DNA from: Callorhinchus milii
Lineage: Eukaryota
Assembly (NCBI RefSeq): GCF_018977255.1
Contig: NW_024704742.1
Span: forward strand, 20,896,001-20,960,000
DNA: 64,000 nucleotides
Reading direction: 5' to 3'
Shown here: in pieces, positions 1 to 12,752 of the stretch
How positions within the stretch are numbered: position 1 is the first letter of the stretch
Layout of the letters: every line of letters starts with the position of its first letter
The notes under the pieces: generated by a model
What the model saw: only the letters and a program-made list of their open reading frames with translations
Told to the model about the DNA's origin: nothing
The model's database searches: none
Made by a program: the position numbers and the translations under genes

Positions 1-374
1 AAGGAAAAATAAGTGGGACACTGTCCTTTAATAAAATTTCCCCCAGGCAATAGATGATCCTCCTCTGCTGTACATCACACCTCCTTTTCAGCTGCACCGT
101 TAGGCTGTTTGCCATATGGTTTTGCTTTTGCAAAAGAAACAAGGCAATGCATGTGGCACCAGAGCACTTCATATCTTGCGGTGGTTCCACTGTTCCACCT
201 CCTTCCTGCTGCTGTCCAGGTCTAACAAGTATTTACTCCAGTATTGCAACTTCAGTGACATGCATAACTTCACCATGCACATTTGCACAAAGCAAAAATG
301 TGGAACAATATTTTAAGTCCTAATAATCCTAATACAGGGCAATCTGGCAATACAAATTTACAGCCAATATGGCA

Positions 375-735
375 TAATAATAATCCTTACATTTGATACA
401 ACGTCTTTCACTTTGGGAAGACATCTCAAAGCACTTCACAGGATATTCTGTAAAGTGTGATGGCTGTGTATTTCTGAATGCAGTAGCCAAATATCCCCTC
501 ACGGTCAAGGCATAGGAGAAACTCCCTTCTCTTTTTGAAGAGTGTCATGAGATCTTTAACATCCACCTCGAAGACAAACCTCGATTTATCTTCTGAACCC
601 GAAGGACAGCACCCTCAACGATTCAACGCAGCCCTCAGCATTGAATTGGAGTGTACAAGTCCCAATGTGGGGCCTGAACTAGCAACCTTCGGTTTCAGAG
701 ATGACAGTGATACAACCTAAGCCAGGCTGATACAC
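375..735 (-). mobile_element. Old DeuSINE-like element (related copies at about 2230-2500, 11470-13095, 30435-30735, 48770-49170, 55245-55630, 59850-60810)
   Basis: Shared motifs gagtgtcatgggatctttaacatccacct, tttaacgtctcatccgaagga and a tRNA-like head. Confidence 0.65.
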
Positions 736-1214
736 TGCTTACTCCATTATCCCACGTTTACTGCATTATCTTTTCTGCATGCAATGGTGTAAACCTAGCA
801 CAGGTGAGTGTAAAATTAACTAACTATTGACAATGTTTCTTCTACCATCTAAAAGTCATTTACATATCAGGAATTTGATATACACGGAATTCTCCTGGTT
901 GATAAGCCACAGAAACCTTAGAAGGGTACACATGACCATGCACATTACTTACCCCCATACTCCTCCCAGATAATAATTGTACTGAACACATCTATTACAA
1001 TAACCAAATACATTTTTAAGCACAAGCACACTCTAATGTCTGGACCAGTCACTGTTCCTATATACTGTAAATGCCTGCCTCTGCATTATATTTTCTTTAG
1101 TCAAAATAATTCAACAGCACTGACACACTCACTCACTTTCCCACAGCCAAACTATCAGAATTGTCCAGACTGTGGCCATTGCTGCTCAACATACATTCCC
1201 ACTCACTGATCAAT

Positions 1215-1462
1215 CAACTGATAAAAGTGGTGCCTTGCTTGGAATTCTCTCCTCCAAAAAGGCCGTGGATGCTGGATCCACCCACACCTTCAAGAGTGAG
1301 GTTGATAGGTTTTTGGTAGGTCAGGGTATTACAGGATATGGGGAGAAAGCGGGAAATTGGAATTGAATGGATTAGTTGAGGTACAGATCAGCCATGATCT
1401 AATTAAATGGCAGAACAGGCTCGAAGGACTGAATAGCCTACTCCTGTTCCTATGTTCATATG
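1215..1462 (+). mobile_element. CR1 3' end fragment
   Basis: FKSEVDRFL..GITGYGEKAG followed by a CR1-type tail ...ctactcctgttcctatgttcatatg. Confidence 0.75.
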
Positions 1463-4400
1463 TCTGGAAGCTCCATAAAACAACATCTCATTGAATCCCA
1501 CATCAATGAAATTAAATAAGATCTGAGTTTTTTGTCAAAACTTCCATCTAATCCAAGAATAGAAACAAATATTTATCATTTGTAATTTTCTTGTATTAAA
1601 CTATTCACTGCTATGTATTCACCAAATAAATGTAATACGATAAATTAGAATGTTATTTTAGTGCAGATGGCATTGTTAGGCAACAAATGCTCCCACGCAG
1701 CCATAAGCTACATTGCTTGTGGTTCTGTCATTTATTTACTACATCCCCAATTGCAATGCTTTAGTGCCTGTGAAATTCTGCCACTTAGCCAGCCATTATT
1801 TACTTTGTACTGTGTTACAAGCTCACCTCTACTGTATTACATTGATGAACAGTTGATGAAATGCGAACCATGGCTCTATAACATAAACAGCCCTATGCTG
1901 ATAACCCATAGTCTCTCCCTCGCATAATTCCTTCCACCTCTCTGATCAATCAAATCTGCTACAGGAGCTCATGTTTGCCTCAGGCTGGCCTACCACCTAT
2001 CTTTGAACACAGATGTTCTCAGGGGACCAGATGGGTCAGCCACTGAGCCAACAGGCCTACCATCAAACTGCTGCGGCACATCAATCAGTTGTGTTCACTG
2101 CTGGTCTGTGTCGAGCCTGCACTCTCTGTGACAGACTGCAGTCCCGAAAAACAATGCATCACTAGAAAATGTCATTGATATAATTATGATTCTTACATTT
2201 GCTTAATACAGACAAATATGTGTAAGTATTAGCCTGGCGCAGTTGGTAACACTCTGACCTCTGAGACAGACGGTTGTGGGTTCAAGCCCCAGGTTGAGAC
2301 TTTAAACTCCAGTGAAGTGCTGGGTGTATGCCTCGTTGTTAGAGGTGCTTTGGATAAGATGTTAAACTAGGTCCAGGTTGCCTGTTAAAGATCCCATTGC
2401 ACTATTCACAAAGATCAGGAAGTTTCTCCCAGTCTCCTGACCAACAATCCTCTGAAGCATATTGGCTACCAGCTTCACCTACATATGTAGTCACTAATGC
2501 CCAATAATCCATTGGATAAACCTCTTCCGTGTTACCTGACAGGTACATAGATAAATTCTGACGCGGAACAGCTTTCCTGACTTGTTACATTTGAGAAGAT
2601 GTTGCCAAGTGAATTAGACATGAAGCTTACACTGACTGGTATAACAGCCAAGTTTGTACCACAAAAGGAGGCACAAATCCATTACCATGCTCCCATCTTC
2701 AACAAGTTCTATTTGTGATAGAGAGAATCCACAGTTCCTCAACGGATGAAATTTTAAGATCCTCAACTTAGAGGTCTTCAATTCTCTCCAAGGATTTCGG
2801 CTACACAACGTACAACATTTTTTTCCCCCAAATACTACATCTCAGCTCATTGCCACTGCAGTTTCATTATTTATTTGCCAATCCATTTTTAATTCATAAT
2901 CCTCTAGGGTAAGCCATCAGGTTTTGTACTGCACATCTCCCGCACAAACCTTGAAGCTAACCTGAAATACACGTCTTCAAAAACATAACCGTTGCAATCA
3001 AGCTCGGCTGAGTTGAGCTCTGCTCTGCTGTCCGACGAGCAGAAAGGGGGACGTTGTTGGGTCGAATTTGTTACAAATAACTGTGCTGAATCAACAGGTA
3101 AAAAAAACGGATAAATGTTGGCCATGTGGCACATGATTCCAAAGTGAATCTCGCTGGATGGAACCATTCAGCCAAAGCCACCCCGAAGAGGTGATTTCAC
3201 CAGGATCCCAATTTACAGTGCGAGAGCAGGTAGCACAGGTGGATCAACCCCTGCTCAAAGTTGAGGCTTTTTAAAGGACCATTTGTAATTTTGTTCAACA
3301 CCTGGTTGCATTCCTGGCTCTTCAACAACAAAAAACACTAACCACCATTCAGAGCAGGTTCAGCGCAGGCACATACACAGCTGCCCCACGCCAATATAAT
3401 TTTTGAACAGGAAACATAAAAATGGGATTTCTGCTCCTAATCGTATAAAGTAGGCTGCAAGGAACGTCACTCATGTACCAGATTGTCCAGTCCACTTTGC
3501 CACTTGTTGCCTCAGGATAGATCATGTCATAATTAAGTCAAGCAACTGAAAGTTTGTAACTGAACAGAGGTTATGACACTGAAAGAACAGATGTGGATCA
3601 TAGTCAACTTCCCTGACTTGTTACTCCCTCAGTCTGTTGAGCACCAAGATCCACACCATCCATCTGCCCAATGTCAAATTCTATCTGCATTTTCCTGGAC
3701 TAAATAAAACAGGAAAGCGGGGGTGGGGTGAGGGTATCACAGGACACAGAGACATAGAATAAAACAGTACAACGTAGAAGGATAATTTAATAATCTGACC
3801 CTTTAATCATTAAAAGGTGGGATGAAAAGTCAGTGTCGGAGAATGGAGCTTTTCTGCTCTTTGCTGTAGGCATCTAACCACTACCTAGAAATAGTTTATC
3901 GTTCCACATTTGGAAATAAAAGTTAGCTCACATCTTGACGGATAACTCTCCCTGTTCAAGCATGATATTTCCATTTCTACACTAATCTATTTCTGAGCAA
4001 AACTGCTCAAGTGATGATTCACAGTCAGTTTCTACTTTGGATTTGCATCCTCTGGGAAACAGATCACTCAAACTTATTACAATACGGATGTCTAACTATG
4101 GGTAGGCAGATATATTAGCCATCTTGGTGTAAAACCCAAAACTCTGGTCTTGAAAGAAAAGTGATTTAACCCATTGTACTACCCAATCCTTTATATAGCT
4201 TTAATGCCAAAAGGTTTTCTGACATAAAGTCAATGACATTGCTACGAGTTTTAATTGAGGAAAGTGAAAAAGCAATTGAATAGTTTGTTGTTCAGACATT
4301 GGAAGGTTATCAAGCAAATATTTCTGGACCATACAAAAAGGCAATTCCAGTTAAATCCCTGTTGCCCTGGGTTGAATGATTTGGGACATTTTCAGCCCAC

Positions 4401-4482
4401 GCACTGACAGGCTGAAACAATTGCCAAAATAAAGTTACTGAAATGTACTTTTTAAACTATATTACTTTAAGCAATTAAAAGC

Positions 4483-4823
4483 AGCAACAACAACAACAAA
4501 TTACATTTGTATAGCGCCTTTCACGTCAGGAGGAGGTCCCAAGGCGCTGGACAGTCAAGGATCCGTACCCAACCTGGTGGTTGGAATTAGGAGGGCTGTA
4601 GGGTGGGGAGAAGGTTAGGACGGTAGGAGTAGGAGGGTGAGCAAAGGCATGGTTGAAGAGGAGGGTCTTGAGACGGGTTTTGAAGGAGACGAGGGGACGA
4701 GGTGGAGGGACTGTGGGATGGAGAAGCAGAGAAGTTGAAGACCCGCCCGCCAATGGTGGGGTGGGCAAGGCTGGGTACGCGAAGCAAGCCGGAGCCCGCT
4801 ACAGGTTGGTAGGGCGCTATGAG
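4483..4823 (-). mobile_element. L2 3' end
   Basis: (caa)n tail, tagcgcctttcacgtcaggagg, FKTRLKTLLF. Confidence 0.88.
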
Positions 4824-6329
4824 GTAATTTTTTTCATTAAAATACATTTATTTTCTGCACATTTCAGCGTCCCAAGATGCTGACTATGATCGATATACAG
4901 TCATTTGCCTACCAAATATACAGTTGCTAAACTTTACAGGAAATTCTGCTAAGTGCTTTGAGACTTCCTGACAAAATGAAATGCAAAGATTATTATTACT
5001 GTCCCCATCAGACCAAACTGATGCATATTGTGAAACAAAATGGCATTAAAGCTGCTGAATGGCATTAAAGCTCCTCAGCCCACTCAATTCTGGAGAAAAA
5101 GTACTGCATATAATTGGTGCAGTGGGCTGTAAATTAATAGAGGCCTTTTTGTTTTAAAATCGATAAACCCTTTAAAAAATATATACATAGCGTTCAGAGC
5201 ACATCCAATAGCAAAACTTAAGGCACCTAGTGATTTCGTTAGCTCAAGCAGGATACAGTGGTAGCGTGGACAGCACATTGATCAGGGTCAGGTTTACAAA
5301 AGCAAATAAAGGCCATTATTCATTAAATTCAATAACTGGTAGGCTGAAACCATGAAACAGTAGCGGAAAGTGGTCCAGGTCAATCAGCCTGCCAACATTC
5401 ATTGCCTATGCTCACAGAATGGCCCCTTGGTCAAAGAACCAGAAGAACCATCATCTCCATCGTAACTCAGCAGAGGTCAGAAGTTAGCACTTCCAAACAG
5501 GGAAAAAGATTAAACTAAAAATAAATAGCTAGATATGATGGCAACTGATATAAATGACCTTCAATTGTATTCAGAAAGGGAGACGTATCGCAATGTCCTC
5601 TGGGCTGGATGTGAATGATGGAAATGGATGTGAGTGCTGGACATGGTTCTGCTCGGAAATCTCACATGACCCAGTGCTCAACATCAATGTTTTGCAGTTG
5701 CATCCTACAGAGTATTAAAACAGGTGAAAATCTTCCCCTCGGCTGTTGCTGTACAATAACGGAAATAGATTTATGGAACGCTGTAGCTCAAGCCAAGAAA
5801 ATCAATGGCTTTCGTCACAAACGTAAAATAAACTGTAACTATAGCAAGGTAGTGATAAAAAGGGCACTGCACACAATTCATTAAAATTATTGACCCAAAA
5901 TATGATATACGGTCATGCAGCCCAATAACGAGCTACTGTTTAAGATCAAATACCATTTAAAAACAACATTTATGCCTGGTTTATACTGACAGGAGCAATG
6001 AGACACCATTTCCAAGAAACAGAGCTATTGGGAGCAGTTATTCCACTTCTGGCTCCCAAATGCACTTGCAGCGGCTCGGGTGACCAGGATGCACGAACTT
6101 GGGTCAATGACAATAATAACCTTGAACTTTTCAAACGACCATTTTTGACCACAGACACGATTGATAAAATCTGTATTCAAGCTGCCATGGCGAAAAAATC
6201 AATGCTTTGCCTCCTCAAAGCGGTCTCTGCAATTTACACCAATTTGCCTTCTGTGGTAAATTGCTACAAGAAGCTCAGTGGAAACTAGGCATCAGTCCAT
6301 GCATAAAACCATTTTTATTTGTTGCAATA

Positions 6330-6575
6330 ATGCGTGAAAAAATTTTACCCAGAAAATGTATAGTCTGGAATGCCTGAAACAGCAGTGGAATCAGATCTGA
6401 CAATAGCTTTCAAAGAGGAATTGAACAAGTACTTAAAAACAAAAAAATTGCAGGACTATGGTGTTACGAGTGGGGTAGTGGTAATAGTTGTTAGCTCTTT
6501 CAAAGAGGCCCCACAGGCATTATGCGCTGAATGGCCTCCTTCTTGTGCTGTGAAATTCTATGATTCTATGAAATC
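6330..6575 (+). mobile_element. CR1 3' end fragment
   Basis: AFKEELNKYL..LQDYG, tail gctgaatggcctccttcttgtgctgtgaaattctatgattctatg. Confidence 0.7.
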
Positions 6576-7499
6576 CTAACAATTTCACAGCAATCGATTT
6601 CTGGACAAAACATGCTCAACTGGTAAAGATCAGTGAATGGATAGGAGATAACAACCACAACAAATTACATTTGTATAGCGCCTTTCACGTCAGGAGGACC
6701 TCCCTAGCTGCTGAAATAAACATTCATACCTACAAAATTTTGTCTTTAACAGCACATTGAGAAAATAATAAATATGGTAGACTGACTGTAGCTCCAGCTG
6801 TTTAAGGCTAACCACTAAGTTTCGATAAAAAAGCCTGTGCTTGTAACTAATTACTGTAGCTCCCACTCAAAGGCTTCACAGAACCCAGTTAAATACAAGG
6901 TTAAGTGTTGTGAATAGTGAGTACTTAACTGTTCTCAGTGAGTCTTCTATAATTGTTTGTCATTCATAAAACAAATATAAGTTATCATATTACAGGTATA
7001 TTATGAAACCTGATTAGTCCCAGACTCTTTGAGTAATTACAATAAGGTAGATATGCCGCAGGGCTTCAGATCTCATTTCTAAAAAAAAGGGATACCAACG
7101 AGCAATTGTAAATATCCTGAAACTGAATGTGGACTCCAGCTCAGGCCATAGTAAATGCTGCTTAATTGCTGATACTCTACAGTTACTCTCAGTGCCCAAA
7201 GCTAAGGAAAAGGAAAACAAAGCAGCAAGGATTCACACTCTTGACTGTAATCCAATTAACACTGCTGTAAATGAGCTGCTGTAGACCCTCCAAATCAGCC
7301 ACAGTGCCTCCACAGTTGAATCGCTTTCGAGCATTTACTGCAGCATTCTGCAAAATAAGGTCCATATGCAAAGATCTACTATTCAAGGACTTCGTGATGC
7401 AGGACGTTTTGAGCCACCAGATGTTGTAAATATTAACTGGCCCCCGGAAATATTGTTGACCATTCAACGAATCCATTTGAAAAAACTTAATTAGAATAA

Positions 7500-7852
7500 G
7501 AATAATCCTTGCATTTGATGTCATGCGTTCTCACATCTTCTAAGTGTATTGTAAACACGGCAGCCACTCATGCCCACCAGTGTTCTACAAACAGCCGTCG
7601 ATTGAGTGACCAAATTATTTTTTTACTGGTTTTATTTTTATGGCTTTGTCCACCTTTGATGCTACTATGTGTCCACTGCAATCATAACATTACTGATAAA
7701 CTGTAGGGTTGCCGCCCAAGTAAAAGATTTATATTTAGCTCTATTTTTTTTGAAGGGACGATTAACTCTGGAAAAGTGAACTGCCAATCGACTAACAAAC
7801 AGGTTCCTACTTACTGCCGGGTAAACAGAGGCATGTGGAGTAACGAAACTTG
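7500..7852 (-). mobile_element. SINE carrying a 104-bp templated insertion
   Basis: SINE tail and core at 7500-7620, body at 7747-7852. Confidence 0.75.
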
Positions 7853-8189
7853 GGAAGTATTTATATAAAATCATGTTTTATATAAATTGCATTACTTCAG
7901 CAACAAAATTATCATGTTTAATAGGAATGAGATTAAGAAACTGAAAGTTTCTGATATTCTATAAGAAGATCGCTACATTCAATGCAACAGAAAGTCTTAA
8001 CACAATCTTCCCAGAACAGAATTGCACAGAAATTTACAGCATGGAAATATTCACATTTATAAACATTTGTAAATAAACATTTATCCCAAACATTCATTAA
8101 TTGCTGATTTCAACATCTGTCTACCAAAAAGGGCAGAGCATCAGGGTGACCATAGACAGAATGATTGATGTGTAAAATTTCTCTCCTTG

Positions 8190-9175
8190 AAACAGGGGTC
8201 GGCTTTGGGACCTCTTTTATTTAACATCTTCATGAATGATCTGGAGCTAGGAGTCACAAGCACAGTGGCTAAATTTGCAGATGACACAAACCTAATGAAG
8301 TGGTAGTCTGCAAAGATGAACAGGATAGGTTACAGGACAACTTGAACATTTGTGGGAATTGGGCAGATCGATGGCAGATGAAATTTAATGTCGAGAAATG
8401 CAAAGTGCTTCACGTGGGGACAAAAAATCCAGGAACGGACTATTATTTAAACAGTAAGAAAATAATCTGTACAGAAGATGAAAAGGACCTGAGGAGCTTT
8501 ATTGACAATAAAATGAAACTATCCCAACAGTGCTCGGTAGCAGTGAGTAAGGCAAACCAGATGCTAGACTGTATTATAAGGGTAATATTGAGCCAAAATA
8601 GTGGGGTAATCCTGCCAATGGTGCGACCCCACTTGGAATATTGTGTCCAGTTCTGGTCAACGCAATATAAAAAAGGATATCGCAGCAATTGAGAGGATAC
8701 AGAGGAGGGCAACCAAAATGATTGAGTGGATAGAGGGACTGGACTACAAGGAGCAATTACATAAACTGGGCATGTTCACACTGGAGAAGAGAAAGTTGAG
8801 GGGTGATATGATTGCGGTCTTTAAGACTCTGGAGGAAATAGATAAAGTAGACCATGGTAAGCTGTTTTATCTTGTACTGAACAGTGGAACCACAGGACAC
8901 TGCCTACGATTGAAGGGGGGTAAATTCAGAAGAAATCTGCAGGAACACTACTTCAGTGAGTGAGTAGTAAACTTATGGAACAGACTCCTTAGGGAGACAG
9001 TGGAAGCAGAAAATGTGATTTGCTCCAAGAACAAACTGAATAGATTTCTGCTGGAAAATAATATCTCAGGATACAGGATATAGTTTGGGACACGACAAGC
9101 AAGAGCCAGGAATGGTGGAAGGTGAACTAGATGGACTTCGGTCTTCTTTCGCCTAGCAAATTCTTATGTTCTTAT
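8190..9175 (+). mobile_element. CR1 LINE 3' fragment (RT C-terminus, frameshifted)
   Basis: [60 protein letters not shown]. 3' tail ttcttatgttcttat. Confidence 0.92.
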
Positions 9176-9259
9176 CCCAACAAGTCCGAGCCAGTGTTTA
9201 AACTCCACCTTCCTAATCCCCTCATGTACAAATCAAGTTTCCTCTTAAAATCTATAATT

Positions 9260-9745
9260 TTTTTGCTTGAAATGGTTTCTGGTAATGAGTTCCACATTCT
9301 TAACACCTTCTGAATAAAAGGTTCTTCCTAAACTCCCTTTTAGATTTGCTCCTGCCTCTCTTTTGTTTATGTCCACTTGCTTTGTTCTCCACACAAGTGG
9401 AAACAGTCTATTAACATCCACCTTTTGAATCCTTTCATATTTTTAAACATCTCTATTAGGTCTCCGCTGAATCATCCTGTCCCCCAAATAGAAAAACTCT
9501 AATCTACCAAATCATTCTTGAAAGCTGTATCCTCTCATCCCTGGTAACATCAGGGCAAATATATGCTGCAATCTGCAGTGCTACAATATCTTTCCTGTTT
9601 GCAGAATCAGAAGTTCATGAAGAACTCCAAATGTGGCCTAAACATTGTTTTATATAAATACTTTCCAACTGGTGTACCCTATTACTTTGGATATAAAGCC
9701 AAGGAACCGATGTGAATTCTTTATTGCTTTGTCCACCTTTGATGC
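9260..9745 (-). mobile_element. Degenerate CR1 fragment
   Basis: Reverse-complement similarity to the CR1 RT C-terminal and 3' region. Confidence 0.55.
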
Positions 9746-10311
9746 TACTATGTGTCCACTGCAATCATAACATTACTGATAAACTGTAGGGTTGCCGCCC
9801 AAGTAAAAGGTTTATATTTAGCTCTATTTCCAACTACACAAGCATCCAGAATATTGCTCATGGCATTCAGCTCTCATGTAATTTTCATCGTATTTGTGTG
9901 TGTGCGAGTGAGGTAGGGGAGCCAGATGCCCTTACAGAATATATTTAATCACAATCTTTTCTTGGAGACCAGATCTTACTCCTTTTAAAGGGCATTTCTT
10001 GCTTATTCTGCCGAAACTATATTAAAAAAGACCTTGTGAATTTTAACTATGAAAAGTTACAAAGAAATTTAACTTAAATATTCATACCTGCATTCAAAAT
10101 ATAATAATTTTTGCATAAAATATGCACAAGTAAAGCAAAATATCAGCCCAGATATTCTTTTTACATGTCGCTATGCAGGACACTGAAACTTGACTTTGCT
10201 TTACTTATTCACTTTAAACTGACTGGATAGATTTCACAAGCAGTAAAATGAAACCTAACGTGCTACCTACCCAGTGAATGCATTCCAGGAGGAAAAAACA
10301 AAAAAACTTTT

Positions 10312-10760
10312 TTGGGGTACAGCCAGGTGTCTGACACATGTGGAAACCCATCACCAAGCTGAGATTTCCATGCATCCCACCTACATGTGGAAATCCCAAA
10401 GTTAGATTGTTGGAAGGAAATGCACACTCTCTCCCTGGAGGGACACATCCTGCTTACCTAATTCCGGAAAGTATTATGTGCAGATTGGCAAGAGCCAAGG
10501 CTTGGAGACCCCAAAGTGTGCGTTGGGTACTGCTGGAGTCTAACCAGCTAAAACCAGATAGCTTGCCATTAATATTGCTGTCTGGCAAGCTTTCCCGCTG
10601 TTTGTCCAGCTAGGGCTACCTTACCCATTTAGGGCTTTGGCTTGCAGGGTTAACAGCAGCTGAGTCGGATAACTCCCTATCCCCAGTGACTGGTTTTCTC
10701 TTCCAGGTCCTGCCGATGAGCCAGGCTGAGGAACCGGACTGCCAAAACCCCCACAGAGAT
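10312..10760 (-). mobile_element. Same RTE-X-like family, 5'-truncated copy
   Basis: Reverse complement of 52990-53440. Confidence 0.65.
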
Positions 10761-11555
10761 TGGTGCCAGTCTGTTCATGTATCAACTTGTTGGGTTTTTG
10801 GTGGGGATGGAGTATGTTACAAATAAATAACATGTCAAAACGGTCAGATCACAAACGAAATGCAACACAAACAAATAGGTATTGTTCTTATGCAGCTGTC
10901 AACGTCTGCCGCCAGAGACTGTGAAAAGCAAGAGAACGGTTGCCTCAAGTGAGAGGAATTGGCAATACACCACTCCAATCCAAGGATTTTCACCAGCGCG
11001 GTGAGACAAAACAACAAACAACAACAAAATTACATTTATAGAGCGTCTTTCACGTCGGGAGGACGTCCCAAAGACATACAGAAAACAAACTTTTTTATTC
11101 TTTCAATCTTCCCACAACCTAAATCCAACCCAATTCTATCAATGTTTCATAATCAGTTCTACATAAAACTTTCCCTGTATCCGGCATCAAAAAACAAATT
11201 GCATATTTGCATGAATGTAACTGGAGCTCCCCGAGCAGCGTACATCCCAATCTTTGAAGTGGCTGATCGCTTCATATAAATCCACACTGAGTCATTTGAA
11301 AATGGCAGCAAATTCTCTTTGAACAGGGTTGAAAGCAGCCTCACATTGACCATACCTGGTAAAAGATCCTTGCATGTTTATTACCTACCCTATTAAAATA
11401 AAACCAAAAGGAATTATTTTTGAAGGTAATGAATTATACACCAGATAAATACATTTCCATCCAATCCAAGAGCTCAGATAGTCACACTTTTGTCTCCGAG
11501 TCTGTAGACTGTGGATTCAAGCCCCATATCAGGATTTTGAGTTCATAGCCCAGGC

Positions 11556-12522
11556 CAGCGGGTTTAACCTTTTACCTGCTGAGGGCCAGATGCCGAATTT
11601 GAGAAACATTGTAGAACGCATAAGCAATGATTTTGTGTTTCCTTTCCAGAAACAAAATATCACATTTGCACAGCGTCTTTTTCACGTTGGGTGGACATCT
11701 CAAAGCGATTGACACTGCCGGCTGGGCACTCGACCTGGGGAGGGGAAAAGATGACCGAAAGCACAGTCAAAACGTTAGGTCTTGACATGCCTTGAAAGTG
11801 GGGAGGGAGGGACTCCGGAAATGGGAGTACCAGAGAGCGGGGGCAGGGTAGATGGGGTGAGGGTTCATGAATCGAACCGGTGTTTGCTGGGCAATGCAAA
11901 CAGACAGGTTGGGAGATCGCAGAGGTAGGGTGGGGAGGGGGTATGAGGGCCACAGAGGAGTTTCTCATTGGGAGCGAGGAAGTTTTCTGCGAGGAAACTG
12001 CACATTGCTCAGTGTCCGGCTCCCATCATCTGTCTTGGCAGCGAACCATGAAACGCTGCCCTCACTTTCTCTTTCTGCTTCTCCTCCCTCCCTCATGCTC
12101 TCTCTCGCTCTCTCTCCTTCTCTCTCTCTCTCTCAATCACTCTCTCCCCCTCTCTTTCAATCACTCTCCGTCAATCACTCTGCTCTTCCCCTCCACTCTG
12201 TCAATCACTCTCTCGCTCTTTCAATTACTCTCTCATTCTCCCTCTCCCACCCCCTCTCTCTACCCCTCTCTCGTTTCTCCCCCCCTCTCGCCTCTCCCCC
12301 CACCGTCTCACTTTCAATTAGGCTCTCCCCACCCCATCTCTCAATCAGCTGTGTGGCTCACTATCTGGCAGTAGTGAGGTATAGGCAAACCTGTCTCCTT
12401 AGCAACCGCAGCCTCCCGATCGCCAGCTCCTGCCGTTGCCATGACCAGACAGATCGCTGGGGAAGGAGCAGAAATGATTTGCGGGCCAGATGGGGCCTGT
12501 GGGCTGTCAGCTGACCACCCTG
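11556..12522. mobile_element. Non-autonomous hAT (Charlie-like) DNA transposon with a nested L2 3' fragment (about 11650-11950, minus)
   Basis: Termini cag...ctg. Subterminal gagggccagat and gcgggccagatggggcctgtgggc...gaccaccctg motifs. 8-bp TSD gcccaggc (11548-11555) / gtccaggc (12523-12530). Confidence 0.7.
12060..12345. repeat. CT-rich low-complexity tract inside a hAT element
   Basis: Degenerate (ct)n / tcaatcactctc repeats. Confidence 0.85.
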
Positions 12523-12530
12523 GTCCAGGC

Positions 12531-12752
12531 CAGGAAGTCTCCAACCGGTCAATTGCTCAATAAAAACATAAGGAAGGAGCGATATTTACCACAGTTCAAA
12601 CACTTATATTTTTATTTTGAGATGCAGATAATACTTTGTGCATCTGGCTTTGTTTTCAATTGGACCAAATAAATTCTATTGCTGCTTCCTCTTGTCTTTT
12701 GATCATACACGAGAGCGCCACCTAGCAGTGATCGATCGGTTGGAGACACCTG
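12531..12752. mobile_element. Second hAT MITE (222 bp)
   Basis: TIRs caggaagtctccaaccggtc and gatcggttggagacacctg. TSD gtccaggc / gtcttggc (12753-12760). Confidence 0.75.

Noticed and set aside
2700..2760. Minus-strand peptide SSVEELWIL resembling NAF1 PSVEELTII
   Set aside because: The similarity does not extend, a stop follows within a few codons, and there are no suitable splice sites.
11159..11356. Acceptor-like ttttaccag followed by a 64-aa minus-strand ORF
   Set aside because: No NAF1 similarity in any frame and no convincing donor.
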